A program made the position numbers and the translations under genes. The notes under the pieces are model-generated. The model ran no database searches. It had not been told where the DNA came from and saw only the letters and a list, made by a program, of their open reading frames with translations. From Eledone cirrhosa (lineage: Eukaryota), in contig OZ024761.1 of the NCBI GenBank assembly GCA_964016885.1, positions 29,326,001 through 29,390,000 on the forward strand: DNA of 64,000 nucleotides. Reading direction: 5' to 3'. This document shows, in pieces, positions 14,478 through 27,445 of this stretch; the stretch's first letter is position 1; each line of letters starts with the position of its first letter.

Positions 14478-14654
14478 TCAATTGCACTGGAGATGATGAT
14501 GATGACTAAATTTTGAGAAATATTAAATTTTCGGTATAATATTAACAACTTGTGTTATTGGCCACTAGGGCCTAGACTCAGTGGACAGGACAAGCAGGAA
14601 ACACAAAAGGATAACAACAGTAACAACAACAACAACAACAGTAACAACAGTAAC

Positions 14655-14691
<37 letters not shown>

Positions 14692-14797
14692 GTGGTGGCA
14701 GTTATAATAAAACTGGGCAAGATTTACATTCAGTAAAAAGGACGAAACTCTACAATAGAAACAGTGTACAACAACAACAGGAAGAACAATAATAATG

Positions 14798-14843
<46 letters not shown>

Positions 14844-15960
14844 TGATGATGATAATGTTGATGACGATGATGATGATAATAAATATGAATTGAAATAAAT
14901 CAGTTATAATAAAACTACATAATGATAATACTAATACCGATAATAACAGCAATGATGGCGATAACAACAGCAACAACAATAATAATAATAATAATAATGA
15001 TGATGATGATGATGATGATGGTGATGATGGTGTTTGTGGCGGTGGTGGTGATGGTGTTTGTGGCGGTGGTGGTGATGGTGTTTGTGGCAGTGGTGGCAAT
15101 GAATAAAGTTGCTGTCTGTTGAAATTATTCAAATGTAAATTAGATTATGTGCTTTTTTAAAAAAGACTCTGTTGCCAGTTCTGCTATTGAGGTAGAATAG
15201 TAAGAATGGTAAGAGGTAGAACTGACGCTAGACAACTGCAGAATTGTGTCTCCAGTGGTGGGAGACATGAAAAGATACAACAACAGCAACAACAACAGCA
15301 ACAACAAGGGCAACAACAATAATAAGAACACCAGGAAAGACAATAACAGTAACAACAACAGCAACAACAATAGCAACAACAACAGCAATAAGAACAGCAG
15401 GAAAGACAATAACAGTAACAACAACAGCAATAACAACAACAAGGACAATAATTGTAACAACAGCAGGAAGGACAACTGCAGCAAAGACAACTACAGTAAT
15501 AACAACAGTAATAACAATAACAAGAACAACAATAGCAACAACAGTAAGGACAGTAATAACAACAGCAGCAAGGACAACAACAGTAATAACAACAACAGTA
15601 TTAACAACTACAGTAATAACAACTACAGTAATAACAACAACAGCAAGGACAACAACAGTAATAACAACAACAGCAAGGACAACAACAGTAATAACAACAA
15701 CAGTAATAACAACAACAGTAATAACAACAACAGCAAGGACAACAACAGTAATAACAACAACAGTAATAACAACAACAGCAAGGACAACAACAGTAATAAC
15801 AACAACAGCAAGGACAACAACAGCAAGGACAACATCAGTAATAACAACAACAGCAAGGACAGCAACAGCAAGGACAACAACAGTAATAACAAATACAGCA
15901 ATAACAACAACAGTAACAACAACAGTAATAACAACAACAGCAAGAACCACAACAATATAT
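13290..15960. repeat. Trinucleotide-based low-complexity block, (GGT/AGT)n then (AAC/AAT)n
   Basis: Includes a 33-bp tandem unit GGTGGTGGTTGTGGTAGTAGTTGTAATTGTGGT and AACAACAGCAAGGAC-type repeats. Confidence 0.9.
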
Positions 15961-16040
15961 ATAGTACTATAGTATTGTATTTCGGATCTATACTTCAGTT
16001 TACATTAACTCATAATATGATGATGTTATATACTGTTATA

Positions 16041-16083
<43 letters not shown>

Positions 16084-16089
<6 letters not shown>

Positions 16090-16426
16090 ATCAAAAGATG
16101 GTTAAAGGAGTTCCATGTATTTTATTATGCGCATTTCAAAAACAAACATCATCATGCAATAATATTTGTGTTTTCATCAGATAAAACAGGAGAACATGAT
16201 ATGAAGGCTAAAAAACACTTATGGATAGTGCAGTTTTAAATCAACATATAAATCAACATATAAATCAACATTAAAACTGCACTATCCACAAGTGTTTTTT
16301 AGCCTTCATATCATGTTCTCCTGTTTTATCTGATGAAAACACAAATATTATTGCATGATGATGTTTGTTTTTGAAATGCGCATAATAAAATACATGGAAC
16401 TCCTTTAACTATCTTTTGATCTTATA
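16084..16426. repeat. Near-perfect inverted repeat (about 155-bp arms) carrying a hammerhead motif on each strand
   Basis: The arms are reverse complements around an (AAATCAACATAT)x2-3 spacer. Confidence 0.9.
16323..16391 (+). ncRNA. Type I hammerhead ribozyme (mirror copy on the minus strand in the left arm)
   Basis: ttttat-CTGATGA-stem II (acaaatattatt/gatgatgtttgt)-GAAA-TGCGCA-TA-ataaaa. Stem I is ttttat/ataaaa and stem III is palindromic (ATGCGCAT). Confidence 0.7.
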
Positions 16427-16515
16427 TATTATGTATACTCCAGTCCTACAAACTGTAGAGTGCTTCTTATCCGATATCTGCATTGCTTTATTGTACTACA
16501 ATAAAACTCACATCC

Positions 16516-16570
<55 letters not shown>

Positions 16571-16659
16571 ATGATGATGATGTTATATGCTGTCATATAT
16601 ATATATATACAGTTGATGAGGTCTACAGGGCTAAAACATATGTACACAGCTGTAAGTTG

Positions 16660-16925
16660 TATGACAAATAAAACAAAACAATAATTTTATTACCCAGTAT
16701 ATTTCAACATAATATTTCAGGGCTACAACCCTCTTTTCAAATGTAAAACCGAAAACAGTTCAAAACAAAATGAACACTCAATGTGTTCTTCCCTAATTGG
16801 TCTAAGAGCACATCAATGGTTCGCTTTTGTTTTGAACAGATTTCGTTCTTATATTTGAAAAGAGGGTTTGAGCCCTGAAATATATAGGGTAAAATATTAC
16901 TTTGTTTTATTTTATATTTGTCATC
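16660..16925. repeat. Imperfect inverted repeat (about 125-bp arms)
   Basis: ATATTTCAGGGCTACAACCCTCTTTTCAAAT...GTTCAAAACAAAA versus TTTTGTTTTGAAC...ATTTGAAAAGAGGGTTTGAGCCCTGAAATAT. Confidence 0.75.
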
Positions 16926-17309
16926 CTTTGCCCTTAATATATTTCTACCACATTGTACCAGCTTTCTGAAACTTATCGGTCATTTATTAGATATCTTACA
17001 ATGCTTCATATTATCTATACTACTTTACAAAAACATCAACACTGCCATAAAACACCGGATAGTAAAGTTATGATTTAATTGAAGATGGCAAACGTAGAAA
17101 CCAAAGATGAATGTGGAAGACAAAAGGTAACTGGGAAGAGTAAAGAGAAAATATAGGAATAAATGAATAAAATAAATAAATAATTGCAGGTATTGAGGTT
17201 TGAAATAACTACACAAGTTGATGATGTGATGCAGTTTATGAAGGGCTGCATTGTAAATTTGGTTTGACATCGGTTACTAACAATTCATCATATGTCTATG
17301 AGTATGTGT

Positions 17310-17320
17310 GTGTGTATATG

Positions 17321-17419
<99 letters not shown>

Positions 17420-17543
17420 GTATATATATATATATGTATGTGTATATATATATATGTATGTATATATATATGTATGTATATATATATACATGTATGTATA
17501 TATATACATGTATGTATATATATACATGTATGTATATATATAT

Positions 17544-17583
<40 letters not shown>

Positions 17584-17630
17584 ATATATATATATACATG
17601 TATGTATATATATATATATACATGTATATA

Positions 17631-17671
<41 letters not shown>

Positions 17672-17756
17672 ATATATATATATATATACATGTATATATA
17701 TATGTATGTATATATATATATATATATACATGTATGTATATATATATATACATGTA

Positions 17757-17794
<38 letters not shown>

Positions 17795-17977
17795 CATATA
17801 TATACATACATAAATATATATATACATACATATATATATATAGATATATATATATATATATACATATATATACATACATATACATACATATATATACATA
17901 TATATATATATAAATACATATATATATATAGATAGATAGATAGATATACATATATATACATACATATATATACATAC

Positions 17978-18008
<31 letters not shown>

Positions 18009-18078
18009 CATACATAGATATATATACATACATATATATGCATACATATATATACATACATATACATACATACATATA

Positions 18079-18135
<57 letters not shown>

Positions 18136-18172
18136 TACAAGCACGGAAATATGGATGTAAAATGATGATATA

Positions 18173-18212
<40 letters not shown>

Positions 18213-19019
18213 TGCATATTTGTATGTACCTATGATGGTGGCTTTTATAAAATACTTGCTATTGTTTATATTTATTTCCTCAGACTTTCATTTATTATTT
18301 TTATATTCATTTTTATTTCTTTTTTATAGGAAATTAGGACATTTGCCTGATGAATTACTCTGAGCAGAGGAAAGTGATTTTCCAGCTGGTCGACACCTTT
18401 CCTGCTGTTGACTATTCAGCCATGAAGAGTCTGTGGCACCTACTTTCACTCAGAGATGACTGATAGAAAATATAATGGCTGACTGGCTGACTGGCTTACA
18501 ATTTCAACATAGCAGGCCACAGTGCTACACATACATGTACATACACACCCACAAACACAGTAATGCTGTATGGTGGGTTAAACCATGTGATATTTCTATC
18601 TCTAAACTATATTGTATTTGCAGTACATCACACCTTTTCATATGACAATTTGACAAATCATACACATATACATACACATACACACAAAGATATATACATA
18701 CACGCACACATATATACATATATATATATACACAGACATATATATACATACATATATATATATACACACACATATATATATACATACATATATATACACA
18801 CATTATATATATATATATGAATAATTACATGTATTTAAACATACAGACTTACACATATATACACATATACACGTATATATATATATATATACACATAAAC
18901 AAACATATATATATACACATACACACACATATATACATACATATATATATATATATATACACTATTCATATATATGTATATATATGTATATGTATATATG
19001 CATATATATATATGTATAC

Positions 19020-19059
<40 letters not shown>

Positions 19060-19604
19060 ATGTATATATATATATATATATATATACACTATATATATCA
19101 AGAAAATTATATATAATTAAAACAGAGACAAAAACAAAACCATTATTCTTGCATGGAATTTAGTTTGGTTGTTTTTTTTTATGAAGTTCCCAGGAATAAA
19201 AGATGATTGGAAAGATAGAAGAGGAATTGAAGACCAAACATTTTTAATAAAGAAAACACTAATTAGAATAGTATCTTCCACAACCACCACCACCACCACC
19301 CCCACCTCGCCATCACCAGCACTACCTTGCCAGCCAGCCCCCCCCCCTCCCCTCGCCATCTTTATCACCACCACCACCAGCAAACAACAACCATTAACAT
19401 CATCATCATCATCATCACCAACAACCACCATCACAAAAAAAAATATCTAATTATAACACTACTACTACTACTACTACTACTGTTGCTGCTGCTGCTACTA
19501 CTACTACTGTTGCTGCTACTACTACTAATAATAATAATACTAATAATGAGAGTAATGAGGTAATGATAATAAATTTAAACTTAAATGTGAAACTAAATGC
19601 GTTA

Positions 19605-19663
<59 letters not shown>

Positions 19664-19831
19664 TGTTATATATATATAATGTGTGTGTTTGCATGTATAT
19701 ATGCATATTTATGTATGTGTATATATATATATATACACATAAATACAAATACACATGCATATATTTGCACACACATGCACTCACACAATAACGCAGATTA
19801 TATATAAATATATATACATATATATATATAT

Positions 19832-19862
<31 letters not shown>

Positions 19863-19895
19863 CATATATATGCATATATATATACATATATATAC

Positions 19896-19926
<31 letters not shown>

Positions 19927-20062
19927 TATATACATATATATACATATATATATATACATATATATACATATATATATACATATATATATATACATATATA
20001 TACATATATATACACATACATATATATACATATACATATATATACATATATATATATTTACA

Positions 20063-20094
<32 letters not shown>

Positions 20095-20275
20095 CATATA
20101 TATACATATATATATATACATATATATATATATACATATATATATATACATATATATATATACATATATATATGCATATATATATATATACATACATATA
20201 TATATGCATATATATATATATACATACATATATGTATGCATATATATATATATACATACATATATATATATATAC

Positions 20276-20328
<53 letters not shown>

Positions 20329-20485
20329 CACATATATATATATATATATATACACATATATATATATATATACACATATATATATATATACACATATATA
20401 TATATACATACACATATATATATATACATACATATATATATATATACATACATATATATATATATACATATATATATATACATAC

Positions 20486-20516
<31 letters not shown>

Positions 20517-20524
20517 CATACATA

Positions 20525-20562
<38 letters not shown>

Positions 20563-20619
20563 CATACATATATATATATACATACATATATATATATATA
20601 CATATATATATATACATAC

Positions 20620-20658
<39 letters not shown>

Positions 20659-20663
20659 CATAC

Positions 20664-20694
<31 letters not shown>

Positions 20695-20732
20695 CATACA
20701 TATATATATATATACATATATATATACATACA

Positions 20733-20766
<34 letters not shown>

Positions 20767-21045
20767 CATATACATACATATATATACATATATATATACA
20801 TATATATATATATACATACATATATATATATATACATATATATATACATATATACATATATATATATACATATATATATACATATATATATATATACATA
20901 CATATATATATATATACATATATATATACATATATACATATATATATACATATACATACATATATATACATATATATATATATACATACATATATACATA
21001 TACATACATATATATACATATATATATATATACATACATATATAC

Positions 21046-21083
<38 letters not shown>

Positions 21084-21341
21084 ATACATATATACATATA
21101 TATATACATATACATATATACATATACATATATATATACATATATATATATACATACATATATATATACATATATATATACATACATATATATATACATA
21201 CATATATATATACATATATATATACATATATATATACATACATATATATATACATATATATATACATATATATATATATATACATATATATATACATATA
21301 TATATACATACATATATATATATACATATATATATATATAA

Positions 21342-21372
<31 letters not shown>

Positions 21373-21409
21373 AATATGTATATACATATATATATACATA
21401 TATATATAC

Positions 21410-21454
<45 letters not shown>

Positions 21455-21617
21455 CATATATATACATATATATATATATACATATATATAAATATATATA
21501 TATGCATATATATATATATACATATATATATATACATACATATATATATACATATATATATACATACATATATATATACATATACATACATATATACATA
21601 TACATACATACATACAT

Positions 21618-21686
<69 letters not shown>

Positions 21687-21720
21687 TACATATATATACA
21701 CATACATATATATATATAAA
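17310..21720. repeat. Very long (TA)n/(TACA)n microsatellite fields
   Basis: Seen directly at 17310-18120 and 19800-21720. Similar fields occur at 6140-7100 and 63380-64000. Confidence 0.95.
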
Positions 21721-22019
21721 TAGACAGACAGACACACAAAAACTATACACATTTTTTTTAGCTAAAACTACAAAAGCTAAAACAAAACAAAAAAAACCTA
21801 CCTGTGAATGAAACAAAGACAAAAAGGAAAGAAAGAAGGAAGGAGAGAAAGAAAGAAGGAAGAAGGGAAAGAAAGAAGGAAGGAGGGAAAGAAAGAAGGA
21901 AGGAGGGAAAGAAAGAAGGAAGGATACGTCTACAGGGAGAACAAATGCCAACAGCTATGTTAATTATGCATGAGATTAAGTTAGAAAAATATTAATTTTC
22001 CATTCTGAACAAAGTAATT

Positions 22020-23270
22020 ATGATGGTACTAATGATGATGATGGTGATGATGGTGATGGTGGTGATGGTGATGATGATGGTACTAATGATGGTGATGGTG
22101 ATGATGGTGATGGTGGTGATGGTGATGATGATGGTACTAATGATGGTGATGGTGATGATGGTGATGGTGGTGATGGTGATGATGATGGTACTAATGATGA
22201 TGATGGTGATGATGGTGATGGTGGTGATGGTGATGATGATGGTACTAATGATGGTGATGGTGATGATGGTGATGGTGGTGATGGTGATGATGATGGTACT
22301 AATGATGGTGATGGTGATGATGGTGATGGTGAAGAGGATGATGTTGATGATGATGATGATGGTGGTGGTGGTAATGATGATGATGGTGATGATGGTAATG
22401 ATGATGTTGATGTTGATGATGATGTGATGATGATGCTGAAGAGGATGATGGTAATGATGATGTTGATGATGATGGTGGTGATGATGGTGATGATGGTAAT
22501 GATGATGTTGATGATGATGATGATGATGATGCTGAAGAGGGTGATGGTAATGATGATGTTGATGATGATGGTGATGATGGTAATGATGATGTTGATGATG
22601 ATGATGATGATGGTAATGATGATGTTGATGATGATGATGATGGTGGTGATGATGGTGAAGAGGGTGATGGTAATGATGATGTTGATGATGATGGTGATGA
22701 TGATGGTGAAGAGGGTGATGGTAATGATGATGTTGATGATGATGGTGATGATGATGGTGAAGAGGGTGATGGTAATGATGATGTTGATGATGATGGTGAA
22801 GAAGATGATGGTAATGATGATGTTGATGATGGTGATGGTGATGATGATGAAGAGGTTGATTGTAATGGCGATGATGATGATTGCATTGGCGATGACGATA
22901 AAGATGCTGATTTGTTAATTTCTATAATAATGATGTTGATGATGATTGTGATGATGATGATATTGGCAATGAATATGGTGATGATGATGATGGTGATGGT
23001 GATGATGATGATGATATTGGCAATGATGATGATGATGATGGTGGTGGTGGTGATGATGATGATATTGGCAATGAATATGATGATGATGATGATGATGGTG
23101 ATGATGATATTGGCAATGAATATGATGATGATGATGATGGTGGTGGTGATGGTGATGATGATGATGATGATGATAAAAATGATGAGGTGGTGATGATGAC
23201 AATATTGGTAATGAATATAATGACAATGATGATGATGATAGTGATGGTGATGACGATGGTGATGGTAATG
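22020..23270. repeat. (ATG/GTG)n low-complexity tract
   Basis: Seen directly. Confidence 0.9.
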
Positions 23271-23723
23271 AATAAAATGAGGTCAATGTGATGAGGATAA
23301 TTGGAATGGTGATACCACTAATTATTGTGATAACTAACATAATCATTATAGTAGTGCAGCGAGGGTGGTGGGTTGGCAGAATCGGTAGAGCGCCGGACAA
23401 CATGCTGTGTAGCATAGATTTACAGCCCTTTACATTCTGAGTTCAAATCCTGCTAAGGTTAACTTTGCCATTCATCCTTATGGGGGTCATCCTCCTCTCA
23501 AAATTTCTGGCCTTGTGCCTAAACTAGAAACAATTATTATTATTGTTATTATTATCACTATTCTTTTGACTAAGTCCATCATCTGCCCTGACTAAGTCTA
23601 TCCTACTGCCCACAATTAACAGGTAAGGGTGAGTAGTTTCCCTATATTTGGTGATAACGGTGAAAGTTTTTTGTGTGGTAGACAACACTATCAGTTTCCC
23701 TACATCTGGTGACAATGGTGTGA

Positions 23724-23895
23724 AGGTGCATGGCTTAGCGGTTAGAGCAATCGCATGGCTTGCAATCGAAAGGTTGTGAGTTCAATTCTCGGACCGGGTG
23801 AGGTGTTGTTTCCTTGAGCAAGACACTTTATTTCATGTTGCTCCAGTTTACTCAGCTGTAGAAATGAGATGATAGGACTGGGGTCCCTATCATTA
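23724..23895 (+). mobile_element. tRNA-derived SINE family B (CORE-like)
   Basis: A-box TGGCTTAGCGG, B-box-like GAGTTCAATTCTC and core TCCTTGAGCAAGACACTTTATTTCA..TTGCTCCAGTTTACTCAGCTGTAGAAATGAG. Copies lie near 24230-24355(-), 45480-45620(-), 53440 and 61895-62060(-). Confidence 0.8.
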
Positions 23896-24419
23896 AATCA
23901 CCCAAGACACCTCCAGCGAGATATACCTTAGAGGAGGCCAGCTAAACCTGCATAGGTGTGAGCTGTCACACACACACAATGGTAAAAGATGTTATGTTGT
24001 GGACAAGACTGCAGACAGACACATTCTTCCCCTTTGGTCAAGCTCTCCCTGACATTTCCACGTTCCACTTCAAAAGAGGCTAAAATCTATCTCAAGCCCG
24101 AAGGCTCACCAGGCCAATGCTTATCCCGGTTTACCTGACTTGAGGAGTCTAAGAACACAAGACTCCTCACTGAACATGACGCCAGTCCATCTCAGGTTTA
24201 CCTCTCCCTTCAGCCAGTACTCATATCCAGCTGAGTATACTGGAGCAACGTGAAATGAAGTATTTTGCTCAAGAACGCAACACACAACCCAGTCCAGGAT
24301 TGATCCCACAACATTATGATTATAAGTCCAACAAACTTACCACTAGGCCACACACCACTTCCAAAGAATGGTGCCCTCTATTAACTGGTTTACTCCTGTA
24401 AAGAGTTACTGTTGCTGGA

Positions 24420-24755
24420 GATGTATCGAAGGGTTAAGAGGCTTATCCAGAATTTTTGGGGAACAATTTGTCCAGGGACCTTTTGAATTTTATGGCATTT
24501 GTTTCTGTTTTGATATATTTTGGTAGGATATTAAAGAGACTGGGACTAGTTGAGGTGAAATATTTGTGTCCTCATGTTGTTATGAGAGAAGAGATTAATT
24601 TTTGTAGGGGAGGGGGGAGTAGCAAAAGGGTCAAGTCTTTAGGGGATTTTAAAGCTGATGCCTGCATCATCTTGGAAATGTTGATGGAATATTTTGCACA
24701 TCATACAAATGATGTAGCACTCATGGTGACATTGGAGAGAATAGAGTTTAACACC
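24420..24755 (-). mobile_element. Decayed CR1-like LINE ORF2 C-terminal fragment
   Basis: The minus strand reads LKLYSLQCHHECYIICMMCKIF and FKRSLDKL, resembling the CR1 motifs L.LYSL.RRRERY..I and FK..LD. Confidence 0.55.
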
Positions 24756-25182
24756 TACACAAAAGTACATACATCAATACATATACAGTAATGCATATGC
24801 ACACACACATATATACAAAGCTACACATACACACACATCTACAAAGGTACATACATACATATACAATGATACATACACACACTCATACATATATATATAT
24901 ATGTATATATATATACTTACACAAATTCACACACAGACACACACATGAACCCACATTCACCTATAGATACACATATAAAAATCTTCAAATTCACACACAC
25001 ACACACCAAAACCTGCACTCAGACAAATCCACCCACACATATATACATATATGATCACACACACACACGCATATACATACATATATGAATTCACATTGAC
25101 ACATGCAAACACACACATATAGAAATCTACTTTCACACACAAATGTATTGTTACACACACATACACACAGACACACACAGAG

Positions 25183-25219
<37 letters not shown>

Positions 25220-25892
25220 TACTCACACACATGTAAAGCCATTCTGATACAAAGAAACTCTAAATTAATGCAAACAATGAGAAAGATATAACCGGAACAG
25301 CTATTTTGTTGTCTATGTAGTAGTAGTAGTAGTGTCGTAGTAGTAGTAGTTGTTGTATTATTGGTGGTAGTTGTAGTAGTTATTGTTGTATTGGTAGTAG
25401 TAGTAGTAGTAGAACAAAACAAAAACTAGAAATAATCAATAGAATACAAGAAAGAAAAAATGTCGCTACAGCTTCCGGTAGCTTATCTGAAGAGAAATAG
25501 AGGAGGGAAAACAACAATAATAATAATAATAATAATAATAATGACTATTAAAAAAAATAATTACACTAAAAACTAAACAATAGTGATAAACACGTAAGTT
25601 AACAATGGAAAAATAGAAGCCTCTAGGATTTACCTCAGCCCAGGGATTTTTTTTTTTTTCTTTTTAAATGAAATTTTACAACGACAAAAATCTTTAAAGC
25701 AGGTACATTGACCCAATGTTTGATATGCTCTGTGTCTGAGAAACATTTGTAATGTCATGGCTGCTGTTTTTAATATTTTATTTGTGTTTTAAGTCTTTTA
25801 ACCATCATCCCCCTTCATAACACTACACCAACATCCTAACACCCCACCTTTCACCCACGACCTAATACCCCCTCTCGCCCCAGTCTCCAACC

Positions 25893-27445
25893 CACACTGT
25901 AAAGTGGTCATGTTGGTGACACAACAAAAAGTGTCCAGTTGACACTGTAAAGTGGTCATGTTGGTGACACAACAAAGTGTCCAGTTCACACTGTAAAGTG
26001 GTCATGTTGGTGACACAACAAAAAGTGTCCAGTTCACACTGTAGAGTGGTCATGTTGGTGACACAACAAAAAGTGTCCAGTTCACACTGTAAAGTGGTCA
26101 TGTTGGTGACACAACAAAGTGTCCAGTTCACACTGTAAAGTGGTCATGTTGGTGACACAACAAAAAGTGTCCAGTTCACACTGTAGAGTGGTCATGTTGG
26201 TGACACAACAAAAAGTGTCCAGTTCACACTGTAAAGTGGTCATGTTGGTGACACAACAAAAAGTTTCCAGTTCACACTGTAAAGTGGTCATGTTGGTGAC
26301 ACAACAAAAAGTGTCCAGTTCACACTGTAAAGTGGTCATGTTGGTGATACAACAAAAAGTGTCCAGTTCACACTGTAAAGTGGTCATGTTGATGACACAA
26401 CACAAAGTGTCCAGTTCACACTGTAAAGTGGTCATGTTGGTGACACAACAAAAAGTGTCCAGTTCACACTGTAAAGTGGTCATGTTGGTGACACAACAAA
26501 AAGTGTCCAGTTCACACTGTAAAGTGGTCATGTTGGTGACACAACAAAGTGTCCAGTTCACACTGTAAAGTGGTCATGTTGGTGACACAACAAAAAGTGT
26601 CCAGTTCACACTGTAGAGTGGTCATGTTGGTGACACAACAAAAAGTGTCCAGTTCACACTGTAGAGTGGTCATGTTGGTGACACAACAAAAAGTGTCCAG
26701 TTCACACTGTAAAGTGGTCATGTTGGTGACACAACAAAAAGTTTCCAGTTCACACTGTAAAGTGGTCATGTTGGTGACACAACAAAAAGTGTCCAGTTCA
26801 CACTGTAAAGTGGTCATGTTGGTGACACAACAAAAAGTGTCCAGTTCACACTGTAAAGTGGTCATGTTGATGACACAACAAAAAGTGTCCAGTTCACACT
26901 GTAAAGTGGTCATGTTGGTGACACAACAAAAAGTGTCCAGTTCACACTGTAAAGTGGTCATGTTGGTGACACAACAAAAAGTGTCCAGTTCACACTGTAG
27001 AGTGGTCATGTTGGTGACACAACAAAAAGTATCCAGTTCACACTGTAAAGTGGTCATGTTGGTGACAACAAAAAGTGTCCAGTTCACACTGTAAAGTGGT
27101 CATGTTGATGACACAACAAAAAGTGTCCAGTTCACACTGTAAAGTGGTCATGTTGGTGACACAACAAAAAGTGTCCAGTTCACACTGTAAAGTGGTCATG
27201 TTGGTGACACAACAAAAAGTGTCCAGTTCACACTGTAAAGTGGTCATGTTGGTGACACAACAAAAAGTGTCCAGTTCACACTGTAAAGTGGTCATGTTGG
27301 TGACACAACAAAAAGTGTCCAGTTCACACTGTAGAGTGGTCATGTTGGTGACACAACAAAAAGTGTCCAGTTCACACTGTAAAGTGGTCATGTTGGTGAC
27401 ACAACAAAAAGTGTCCAGTTCACACTGTAAAGTGGTCGTGTTGAT
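25893..27445. repeat. 48-bp minisatellite, about 32 copies
   Basis: Unit CACACTGTAAAGTGGTCATGTTGGTGACACAACAAAAAGTGTCCAGTT, with occasional 46-bp variants. Confidence 0.97.

Noticed and set aside
17264-21951. Very long ORFs (up to 717 aa) of YI/IY/CV repeats
   Set aside because: They are translations of (TA)n/(CA)n microsatellites that lack stop codons by composition. The same applies to the poly-M/V/D/H/N ORFs elsewhere.
25440-25510. Minus-strand acceptor followed by DKLPEAVATFF, resembling cwf21 EKVATFR
   Set aside because: Both candidate donors of the SRRM exon give an early stop in the joined frame, and the similarity is too short.
25893-27445. CRISPR-like array or Cys-rich repeat protein (CELDTFCCVTNMTTLQ)n
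   Set aside because: There are no unique spacers and no cas genes. The 46-bp units break the frame, and the unit derives from a LINE UTR.
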